A stretch of 63,363 bases of DNA, counting the filler, from Choristocarpus tenellus KU-1152 (taxonomy: Eukaryota; Protista; Phaeophyceae), in the NCBI GenBank assembly GCA_964200185.2. It is 11 parts of 11 records of this genome, joined end to end, with 100 filler letters (N's around TTAATTAATTAA, not from the genome) between each part and the next. Parts side by side here need not be neighbours in the genome. Positions count along the whole stretch, not along the records: positions 5,308 to 12,402 come from CAXNAD020006709.1; positions 12,503 to 21,920 come from CAXNAD020003687.1; 9 more parts are not named here. The stretch is one strand, 5' to 3'. The notes beneath the pieces are model-generated. The model had not been told where the DNA came from and made no database searches. It saw nothing but the letters and a program-made list of their open reading frames with translations. Both the position numbers and the translations under genes were made by a program. This document shows, piece by piece, positions 11,224-21,920 of the stretch (position 1 is the first letter of the stretch; every line of letters begins with the position of its first letter).

Positions 11224-12321
11224 GTGTGATGAGAAGGGTTAATAAATGTACTCCACTGGTCGATTTGGTACCAAGTACCGTACATATTTCCCAATGAAGA
11301 TACTGCAGAGTTGACCCAGGTCCCATTATTCTGAGGAAACCGTGCCCTCCTAGTTTTCAAGTGTTGGACTGAATATTTCTGGGTGTTCAGGTGACTCTCT
11401 GTAGCACCGTGCTGGGTTATTAAGTATTTGGGGTGGATTATCGCGTTTAGGTTGGTTGCACTACAGAGTGCCCGGGGGCTACATCAAGCAGAGAAATGCT
11501 CTTCCTCAAGCACATCTGTACCCTATCAGAAACAAAAATCGTTTTGAGCAACTCAGAATAAACCTGTCTATGAGTGTGATGGCATTTGCCTGAATCTCTG
11601 GTCTAGAACAGATTGTCTACCTCTTCGAAGTATCGTGATAGTCTTGCAAATATTTGAGGTGAAAATTGAGGGGTGCAAGAAAGAAGGCATTGGAAACATC
11701 AAAATCTTACATATTCGTTCCATTCTACTACAACTTACTAGATCTACGCAATCGCTCTGAACAATATTTTTATATTTTTCGTATCCATGTGTGTATTTGC
11801 ATGGGCCTGTGGATATGTTACAATATCAATAGCCCTAGTCCCATTTTGTTTAATGCCTACGCATTGCATATTTCAATCTCTCCTTTTTGTGCGTGTATAT
11901 TTTTTTTGTCACAAGTACTATGGGTACACAATGTCCTGTACTCCAAGTGTAGGTATAGCCCAAGACCACTTCACTTCTATGTGTATGGTTGTATGTGTGT
12001 GTATGGGATATGAGTTTTAAAATGTAGAATTATTATGCAAGGCGTTATCTTGTACACAAGGAATAGTAACTACACACCTGTGCTTCTGTACACAAGCGCA
12101 TTGTATTTCTCACACCTTTGTTGAATGTGGTAGCTCATTGTGTGCTTCATTGCCTGCCTCCCCGAGCAAAATACAATCAACTACGGGATCAAAAAAGACC
12201 TTACCAAAACCTTGCCGCCTCCCCCTCCCCTGCCCTTGGACCAAACTTTACATCATTCACTGCCTGTTGAAAACAGAAGTGGCATCTGTTCTCATCTCCA
12301 TCTGCTGCCCTGCTGCACCAT

Positions 12322-12352
<31 letters not shown>

Positions 12353-12836
12353 ACCACCGCCAACCCCCCTACAGCAAGAAGGCGACGCCGGCTGGCCGCG
12401 GCNNNNNNNNNNNNNNNNNNNNNNNNNNNNNNNNNNNNNNNNNNNNTTAATTAATTAANNNNNNNNNNNNNNNNNNNNNNNNNNNNNNNNNNNNNNNNNN
12501 NNGTGGGGGGTGGGGGGGAATGGGGGGGCTCCAAAACACCTGTGGTCCATAAACTCCCCTAGTCCATTAGCTGAATAGTAACATCTCTTGACCAGCAATA
12601 AATCGGGACTATTTTGGTCTGTAAGGTCTACCTCTGTCCAGGACATTTGGGGTCGTCTGTTCAAATATTATTATTCCACAAAATGGTCATTTTCTTCTTC
12701 TGTTATCATTAATCTTTTGTACTCCGTAGAGACCGCAAAACGGAACAACTTTTTCCAGAAGTAAAAAAAAAATGTAAAAAAGAAAAAAAGATACGTAAGC
12801 ATTTATTTTGTATATATGTATGTATAATTTATGTAT

Positions 12837-12849
12837 GTGTGTGTGTGCG

Positions 12850-12898
<49 letters not shown>
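12837..12898. repeat. (TATG)n/(TG)n microsatellite; other simple repeats at 36050-36088 (CA), 39560-39616 (TG), 56910-56940 (GTT)
   Basis: Directly visible. Confidence 0.95.
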
Positions 12899-12900
<2 letters not shown>

Positions 12901-13042
12901 GCACACATAGATACATTGTGTACTCGGCTCATGATGTCCAATGTCCATCAAAAAAAGTCTCTTATTTTTGGTCCATATCATCTGGTGTCCTCTATCTTCA
13001 ACATCCATTTTTCGGGATACACTCGAGTTGATTCGGTTCACA

Positions 13043-13090
13043 ACATCCCGTAATATCCCGTAACATCCCGTAACACTCCGTAACACTCCC
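13043..13090. repeat. 10-bp minisatellite (AACATCCCGT / AACACTCCGT)
   Basis: About five degenerate tandem units. Confidence 0.8.
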
Positions 13091-13166
13091 AAGCACAACG
13101 CTCGTGGACATTTTTGGTTAATAGCATCCACTGTTCAGACAAAGCTCTTTTCCTCACGCATAATAC

Positions 13167-13197
<31 letters not shown>

Positions 13198-13834
13198 TAA
13201 TCAAGTGTATGAGTTACATTTTCCAAGGACTGTGGTGTGGTGGTAGACAGTAAGGCTTAGCTTTTCACTTCAATTCAAATTAAACACCTTTCTTGCGTTT
13301 ATCCTTTGAAGCAAGCATCAATACACATCTATATATCTTACAAATATCCATGCTCTGTGCTTCCAAGTGTGTACAGAGTTAGGGATAGGGTTAGGGCTTC
13401 GGCTGGGCGTGACTATAGAAAGATATTCAAAAATGCAAAACAAAAAACAAAACAGTACTAGTAATAATAATATAATAAAAATAATAATATCAGTAACACT
13501 AGCGATACCAGCAACAAAAAATACATGCACCACAGCTAGCAATAACCACCAAAAAACACAATGCTAAGGCGGTGTCTTCACAGGGTTTGTTGCTCTAGTG
13601 AGTTGTGGACATGAATCAACATGAATCGAAAATCAGGAGGTTAAGTATACAGCGATTGGTGAAGACGATTATCCACAGCCTTGCTCCTTCCTCTACACCA
13701 ACGACACCCATACATACTACCATTCCATTCAAAATAAAGGTTTCTTGTTATTATTCTTTTTCTCTAGTGAGATAAGTCCTTCCTCTGGTATCCACATCTC
13801 ACAAAAGCAAAATCATCAATAAGACAAATCTCAA

Positions 13835-13878
13835 CCCTAACCCTACCCTAACCCTACCCTAACCTAACCCTAACCCTA
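13835..13878. repeat. Interstitial telomere-like (CCCTAA)n tract; shorter tracts near 6006, 13379, 19966, 25298, 25392, 26892, 30153, 32153, 42537
   Basis: Degenerate CCCTAA/TTAGGG arrays of 2-8 units inside contigs. Confidence 0.85.
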
Positions 13879-13944
13879 CATGCCCCACACAAGAAACACA
13901 ACAACAGCACACAAACCTTCCCATTCAAGGCTTGGCTGCATTCC

Positions 13945-14031
13945 AAAAAATGATGTCGAAAAACTGACCTCCAGAGGAGAAAAAATGATGTCGAAACACT
14001 GACCTCCAGAGGAGAAAAAATGATGTCGAAC
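13945..14031. repeat. 35-bp tandem repeat, about 2.5 units
   Basis: AAAAAATGATGTCGAAA(A/C)ACTGACCTCCAGAGGAG at 13945, 13980 and partially at 14015. Confidence 0.92.
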
Positions 14032-14989
14032 CTATGCCCCCATCTGTGCCTGAAGGGGTTTCAACACTATCCACTCTAGTTTATACTAATTTATACACAT
14101 CTACTCTAATCCAGACCCCACCATCAACTCTAATTCATATATCTTGGTTTCAGAGATAGTCTTTCACCATCACACCACTACAACAACTGCACACGCATTG
14201 GTGAGAAGAGGTTTAACTTACTTATGCTCTAACATCACCCGTTTCATACAGGTCACAACAAACAAACAACAACAAAAATCCAAATTTGTAAAACTGGCTC
14301 TAAAAATAACACTCGAACTGGAAACTCTAGGAAACATCCCACTCTACAAAGCACACACTACATTACGCAGAACAAGAGATACGATATTTTTATTTTTCCA
14401 TACGGTTGGAAAAAAAAAAATCGAAACTTCATTATCTCAACACTTTGATTCACTCTTGAGATAAGGCCCTGTGCCAGTGCAGTAGCAGCAGCCTGTATGT
14501 CTACACCACACGAGATAGGTGTCTCTTCCACTACGCAGGTGTTGCACCATACTCTGTCTTACCGTTCAAAAATGGATACTTCAACAACTTCCCCTTGAAT
14601 GTGGACCGGTCTCATTCGATTGAATGCACACTGTACCTATGTATTTCAAGTACGCCACACTTCCGTCTTCTGTGTGCACTATCAACAAGCACAGTACTGC
14701 ATTAAACAAGCAAGTAAGTACTACATGATATTCCCCCTCAGCTACAACTCACGCTTTACTATTAGTAACCAAGATCACCATTTCAGTAAGTGAGTCCCCC
14801 AGCAGTAAAAACAATCAAGTCCAATGCAATAGAGGACACGACGTATTCGTAACCTTCAAAGCCTAGAGAGAGAAAAAGGGAAATAACCCCCACAACAGTA
14901 CACTCTACTTCCTCTTCCCTTCCTATCTGAACAAGGATTTATGGCGGGAGTTGGTCAGTTATTGCTTTCCAACACATATTACCACTCAC

Positions 14990-16290
14990 AGGGTCTTCTC
15001 CCTCCACCTCTCCCCCAGCCTTTTCCACTTCCGCCAGACGATCCCCCAGTTCTTTTGCACGGGACCTTGCATCCTTGATGGCTGCGTCTAACTCTCCCTA
15101 TCGATATAACCAAAAAAGTACACAAGAAGGAATAAAACGTAATTCGTGCATATTCAATATTTTCCTCACTTGACTGGTTAGCCACCTGCCCTCTCATTGA
15201 CCAAACGGGGGGGAGGGGAGGAGTCGAGTGACGGAATGGACAGCAAAAGAGGAGACTGGAGGGTTTAAGTCTTATCTCCTGTAAATAGAAAGTGGTTCCA
15301 AACAATAACATGGTCATCGCAAATCACAATCCACATCGCCTACTGCAGCCGCCTCGAACGACCAGTTTTGCACTCACCTTTTGGGCTTCCTGCTGGGCTT
15401 CCTTTTCTGCCCGCTGTCGACGCTGTGGTACGATAGAGGCAAGAGGGGAGGTGAGGGTACCACTGTAAGGTCGATGCAGTGGAGTGGGGAAGAATGCTGG
15501 GAGTAAGAGAGGTAAAATCCCGGCGGGTGGGTTCTAACACAAGCACTTGCACAGATAGGATCTCCACGCTAAGTGTAAAATATGTCTGGAAGAGCGATGT
15601 CAGATACTGCAATGAAGGCAACTGTTGGCGTGGATTGTAGTATCTCCACTAGGAACAGGTTATATCGCGTTGTGGACTCAGAGGAGCAAGGCACCTTGTG
15701 GGCAGAGGATTGAGAGGACTCCTGGACTGAAGATACATCGAAGGGGTTATTGGCAAATTCTGATTGAGAAGTTGAGAGGGGAGTGCTCACCTTCAGCCGG
15801 AACCATGTCTCCTTCTCGATGTTGGGGTGACAGTCAGACTCATCGTCGCTGATCTATGGATCATGGATTCAGCACAGGGTGTACGGAGAAGGAAAAGCAA
15901 GCATACATCAAATGTGTGGCTTGATCGAGGTGGCAGACGCAAACGATATCCTCGACTTGAAGACCTGGTTGGGTATGAACAATCACAAAAAATACACCAT
16001 CTCCAACTCAGGTGATACCACAGACTCAGTTATCTAAAGCTTTCTTCCTGACTGTACAGGTCAATCAGCATGCTAACAGCAACAGGTTGACAAACAAACT
16101 CTCGATAAGAATATCTTCTCCACACCATCGCTACTGATAGCAGTATGATGGAAATCCCACAGATAATTCGAAACTATAATTCAAAGGTGGATCGGAATAT
16201 CTCTGCCATGGTTTGGCAGCCTTTCTAGCGAAATCTACCCCTCACATCTATGTGGTCCCACTTGCTGTAGTCGAAGGCTCTCGCTGTCAT
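14990..16290 (-). CDS. CDC37: Hsp90 co-chaperone Cdc37, first four exons (3' part not found)
   Basis: Phase-0 exons 16290-16246, 15853-15791, 15422-15378, 15097-14990 give MTARAFDYSKWDHIDISDDESDCHPNIEKETWFRLKRRQRAEKEAQQEAQKGELDAAIK..; DYSKWDxIxxSDDExxxHPNI is the Cdc37 N-terminal signature. Confidence 0.93.
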
Positions 16291-18261
16291 ATCTTCAAGT
16301 CTAGTTTGTGAATTGTTTGGTGTAGTCCGATCTAATGAGTCTTTGAGGGGATATGTTATGTTGGTTTTGAGAGAGCCAGAAGATGGTTGGATGGGTGGTT
16401 TTCTTTCTGTAATTGACTTTGTTTTTTCCTTTTTCACAACTATTTATATTCAATAATATATTATAGTTTACAGAAGATGACAGACAACATGTATGTATGA
16501 TATATTCTTGTGAATATTTTGATGTGTGATGAGACATACAATGTAATAAATAGAAAGATACGAACTTTTGTGAAACGGATGGAAGAGTTCAGACCCGTTC
16601 CAACCACAGATGGTCTGTAGAATGGTTCGCAATTTTTTGAACGCATAATATTCTAGATATGTATGAGAAAAAACAATGCAACCAACATCACAGATGAAGA
16701 TCAGAATGGTGGTGTTTGTTCCTAGAAAGTTGTTGGAGTCAAAGGACTTGTGGAGTCAAGTCATCACGCCAAACTCTTAAGATATCACAGTCATACAAGG
16801 TAATGATGCACTTTTTTGTTCTCAAGTGGAATTTTCATTGGTGAACTTCCTCCATTTTTTTGCGTAATAACTTTCTCCTACATAGTTCGCTGCATTTTTT
16901 CTGTAATAATGTTGTTGCTCCCACCATTCCAAATAACAGTGACGATATGCGCACTCACTAAAATGATATCCTCTTGCATGACAAATCAGAGTGGGAGGTT
17001 TTCAACAACGGATACCCTCGCGAAAAGTAGGTCATATTGAACTTGTCAATGCCAGCAATCCGTCAAGTACAACCTTAGTAGTGGGGGTCAAGAAGAAGTT
17101 ACTGTAGTTAATAAAAGCTGATAGGTGAACAAGACTTTCTACGACGTATAAACGACAGTAGGCCGTGTCTACAACACGACTTCATTCATACCTCCCTACA
17201 TTGATAAGGCAATTTTATTTTGGTCATATACACATCATCACCATTGCAAATAACGCCTCAAATCGTTTTGTTGAGATTTTCAACAACAGTGACTATCCGT
17301 CACACATGATAAAGAAGAGTGTTTTAGAGTACCTAGAAAATTAGGATCAGAGGATGTTTCTATGCCTACTCAACAAAACGTGGAGGGAAAATTTAAGGTT
17401 CGATAATAATCCACGCTTTTCATTTAATGGAGTCGATCTTAGGATGCCCTGTAATATCCTATCTAAATGCTCGAGTATTAGATGACCACAACCTTTTTTT
17501 AGGGCGCAGGGGATAGCAAAATTTAAACAATACAGATCTTCTATGTCACTATGCGTCGCTCTCTCAATGCAGAAAAATATATATATAAAAAAAGAGCAAT
17601 GTGACTGATCAAGTACTTCGTAATTTCATCCTTCCACACAAGAATAGTAGATAAATCAAAACAACAGTGAGCTGCTGCCGACCGATTGCAACAATTGCTC
17701 AATGCAATTTATGTGGTGTTTTCGGTATAGAAGCTCAAGGAGGCATGTGTCTTGCAAGATGTCTAAATGTGGATGGTAGGGAAACGTAAACGTACAACAG
17801 CATGTTGCGCAAGTGTGAAAATTACCTCTACTTCAAAAAACAAAAAAAGCCATAACCGATCAACTAACTGTCAATGCCTCTACATCACCATATGTAGCTC
17901 GTTCACTCCCGCCTCATCACCTTCCTTTCCTCTAAGGGCCCGTACCTGTCCTCATGGTCATCGGATGAAACCATCTTAGAGGGGGGTTGAGTTTTTTTTA
18001 TATGTGCAATAGACACTATACCCATGTCTAAAATGCAGTTGAGCCCCCTTGATGAGGAATACAATGAGGGTGTGGCTGTAGGAGAACATATTATTAACTG
18101 TGAACAGATTGTTAGCAGAAAATGCCCTCCCACTGCTCAAAACAAATGTACAAGGCAAGCCAGTCATATTGACACCCCCTCTGAGTACAACTAGCTAGGA
18201 GATAGTGTGGATCGCTCTAGTCAGTCCACTGGGTCACACCAATGATCTATGCCCTAGACCA

Positions 18262-18441
18262 GACCCAAAGTATCTGGGGGGGGGGAGAGGTCTACACCAG
18301 GGTGTCCATTTGGGCCCAAACCAGGAAAAGTGCACTTTCATTGTCCATCCGACGTATTCAACCAAAACACCCCAAAATCGCGACATGAAAAAATTGGCCC
18401 CAAATGGACAGCCACCCCCACCCCCCCAGATACCTTGAGCC
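18262..18441 (-). mobile_element. MITE family B, full length (180 bp), 4-bp TSD ACCA
   Basis: GACCCAAAGTATCTG(n) ... C(n)AGATACCTTGAGCC; ACCA at 18258-18261 and 18442-18445. Confidence 0.95.
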
Positions 18442-20062
18442 ACCATAATCTCGAGGTCTCTCGAGAATATGCATGGGGGTGCTGTCAGCATTGATGTTGT
18501 GTGTTATGCATGTCTCGATTCTCTGTAGAGTAGGTTTCACCTGATTCACATACTCACTCTCGTCATCCGTTGGTGCCTTCGCTGCTCATTTGCGTTCTCC
18601 TTCATTGCAACCATCGCTTTCAGGTACAGAAGTAATCAGCAGTTCGATCAGTTACCATTCATTCGCAGGTGGCTAGGGGAGCACAAGGTGTGCTTTCTCT
18701 ATGACCCGCAGATACCTGTGTCAAGAAGTCTTAGACGAAAGAGGAATCGACACTTGGTGCTCACGAGAAGGTTCTGATTTCAATTCACCATATTGGACGG
18801 TAACTTCCAAAGAGGGAGATCGGGAGGAACTCAACATGACAAAAACTATTTGCTTATCCCAAAGAGGGTCAGATTCGGAACTGGAGTCTCTGTGTTGGAA
18901 ATAACTGACAAATTTGGAACTGGAACCCCTTGTTATTTATGGCAACCAATAGCATGTTTGCTTTCGCACTCTAACCAGTGTGAGCATTCTTACTATGACA
19001 TTCCCTATTTTTATGTTATTGCTAGACATTTATTTCTGTATTTGTTAAGGCATTATTCTTGTGTCCTGCATTTGTTTGTGTTGATGGTTGTGAAGGGGAG
19101 AGTCTCGTTATGACATTCCCTTTTTTATGTTATTGTTTGACATTTTTGTCTGTATTTGAGGCGTTATTTGCATGCTGTAACAGAGCCTCAACCTGCAGGT
19201 TATGCCGTTGCCAAGAAAGCGGCGAAGTTGTAGAACAGGATATTGAAGGGGTGAAGGCTTTAGTCCAAGATTATCATATTCATTTGGCAGACATCTTGCA
19301 AACTGCGAAAAACCACTTGAAGGTCACCTATGATGAGATAGCAGATCGAAAGGTTGACATCGATAACTGTTGAAGTCCATGGCATGTAAGCACGAGAGGA
19401 AAAAAAGATGGACATACATACCTATAAATTTTGGTGTGGGCGTGTGTGTGTTCTTGCTGTTCACGTCTATTTACTTTTGGCCATAACGTAATTTTTGAAG
19501 TCGATATACTCCACAGTACACAGGTACTTATGCATTGCATGAACACCCTAGTTGGTTGCCGCCTGTTCCTGCATGCTGGTGTCCTTGCAGCCGATTTCCC
19601 GTTGCAATCCTCAAGCCCTCAATAGCCAATTGCTTGTAGTACTTTCAGAAAATCGACAATCCCCTCTTCCCCTTAAGCTATGAGCGATAAACAGAGTACT
19701 GGAGTACATATTTAAGAACGTCTCTCGTATGGGTCATTACCATCAGGCTTCTTGCTGGCATCATGAAGTTGTGCCATCCTCTGCATCTTTTCCTTCATTG
19801 CCTGGTCTTCACCCATCCTCTTTATGCCTTCACATCGTGAATACCATAGTCATGCTTAATCTGGACAACTGTCCATCGACTATTCTGGAGCTCAACATCC
19901 CCCAGAATGTAACTGAAAGCTTTAGCATTTCTTCTTGTTTATTATTTTTCTGTTCCTATTACTATCCCTAACCCTAACCCTAGACCTAGTTCTAGCTCTA
20001 ACCCTAGCCCTAATGTAGGGTAGACTTCAGGCCAACCTAACAATGCTAACCAACACGGGCTT

Positions 20063-20321
20063 GAGTGAAAGTATCTTAGAGGGTACGAGTTTTTCCCTGT
20101 TTGTCTATTTGAGGCTTGGCTTCCCACAGGTTTTTAATGACATTTTACCTACTCCGAAACAGTTTCGGAGTAGGTAAAATGTATATATTATGGAAAGATG
20201 CGTCTGGAACAAGGATATTGACATCTCCTAACAAATATGATCGCCAAAATTAATCAAAATCGCAACATTGGATTTTGGACCCCAAATGGACGCGGCTCTA
20301 CCCTCGAATATACTTTGACTC
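20063..20321 (+). mobile_element. MITE family A, full length (259 bp), 4-bp TSD GCTT
   Basis: TIRs GAGTGAAAGTATCTTAGAGGGTA / TACCCTCGAATATACTTTGACTC; GCTT at 20059-20062 and 20322-20325; perfect internal 21-bp inverted repeat 20140-20182. Confidence 0.96.
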
Positions 20322-21606
20322 GCTTGGGCTAAATCAGGTGGCATTGAGCCAACGATAACCAGGGCAGAAAAAAATCAAGAAAAATAAGAGAATAAAGATG
20401 TTACACACAATGTGATCGATATTGCAAAAATTGGTAGCATATGGGGGAGGTTACGCAAATAGGGAGGGTTCTGCAGTACATTGGAGACCAAGGTAGTGGT
20501 TGGAATTTGAAGGCAAGTTTCAAAAGATTTGAGGGAGGAGATAGAGGGATGAGCAGTAGAAGTGCTGAACCCAACACCCGAGAACTGAGGCAGAAAAGAA
20601 GGTAGTACTGTTATTCGTAGTACAACCGCTATTCGATATTTGGTATTAGTAGAACCGTTGTCTGTGCAGTCTGTTGGGCCTCTAACCTCACCGGATAATT
20701 CACAAACGCCAGTGGCGCAAAGTAATAAAAATATGTATTATGGAAGAAACTGCTACATTAAGCACCATTATTACTATTGATATTGTGAGTGGACTTGGCA
20801 GCTGCCCTTGCATGGAACCTGGGATAATGATGGCATGTAATGTCCTGCTTGATAACAGGGGGGAAGTGGGGTGGACTGAGTGCAGTAGCAGCCACGTGAA
20901 TACATAAGAGTAAGGAACAGCCTTTTTTCTGTATTCCTGGGGATAAAAAAAAACTATCTTTAATAATTCTACTCCTGGTGTAATAAATGGTAAGCATTGA
21001 TTGTCATGAAAGCTCAGTTCCTTGGGGCTCTTCTTCTCGTTTTTTTGAGAGGCGAAATTAATTTTGTATGGCACTCTTCGTTGCATCCCCAACAATCTCC
21101 TCACAATCAATAACCAATGTATCAACGTGGCCTCTGACATTGTGCAGATGTGTGTGCCAAACGTGTATTAGAACAACCAGTGCAGAAATAACAGATGTCG
21201 TTGATGTGAAAGATGCTTATTAAAATCTATTTACCATTTGAATACTACCCATTATACAACAATCCTCCATTATTAACAGGTTGGTGATTACCATGTAATG
21301 TGTTGTACACTGCTGCTATGGCTTTAACCTAGGTTACCCCTACAAAGGTGGGCAAGGAGCTAGGGAAGCATCCAAGAGTCTGACAGGCTCCTTCTTGCCC
21401 ACCTGCCTGGTGTCTCTAGGTTGAAACACATGGCACGTCTCGAAAGAGTCACCTACTAATGATAAACACTATCTGTTGTAAGCTGGACTTAACAGCCCCT
21501 TTCTTGCTACAACCTACCGCAACTATCCCGTCCACAGCCTGCGTGGCCAACTCATCAAGAAAAAATCTGTTTGCTTATCAAGGGGGCCAAAATTTTCCAT
21601 TGCGAA

Positions 21607-21920
21607 GGGCCAAAGTATCTGGGGGGGGGTTAGTGGATTGCACTTGGGCGTCCGTTTTGGCCCCAACGAGGCGTTTAGAAATTCGTGGAATTGCTGTCTT
21701 CAGTCGTGGAGGGTTTGTCCTTTTTCCGATATTTTGTGACATAGAATGCATTTAGTGTTTGATTAGACTCTTCCAACTCTATCGGACAGTTCCGGTAAAA
21801 TATGTATGGAGTAACGGAACAATCAATTAGTGGTTGAGTTATCAGAACATTTTACTAGTGATTAGTTGAATGATAATTTTTCTCATATAAAAGGAAATAT
21901 TTCTGATTTAATGGGGCCTT
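21607..21920 (+). mobile_element. Family B-related element left end with a different, longer interior (variant C), running off the contig
   Basis: GGGCCAAAGTATCTGGGGGGGGG followed by CGTCCGTTTTGG; interior not colinear with family B; right boundary unknown. Confidence 0.6.

Noticed and set aside
13835-13878. True telomere
   Set aside because: Short, degenerate and internal to the contig.
13945-14031. 35-bp direct repeats (and 66-bp repeats at 36628) as a CRISPR or regulatory array
   Set aside because: Head-to-tail with no spacers; ordinary minisatellites.
18701-19373. Coding-like frames 18701-18904 and 19059-19373
   Set aside because: No recognisable domain and no phase-consistent exon chain could be built.
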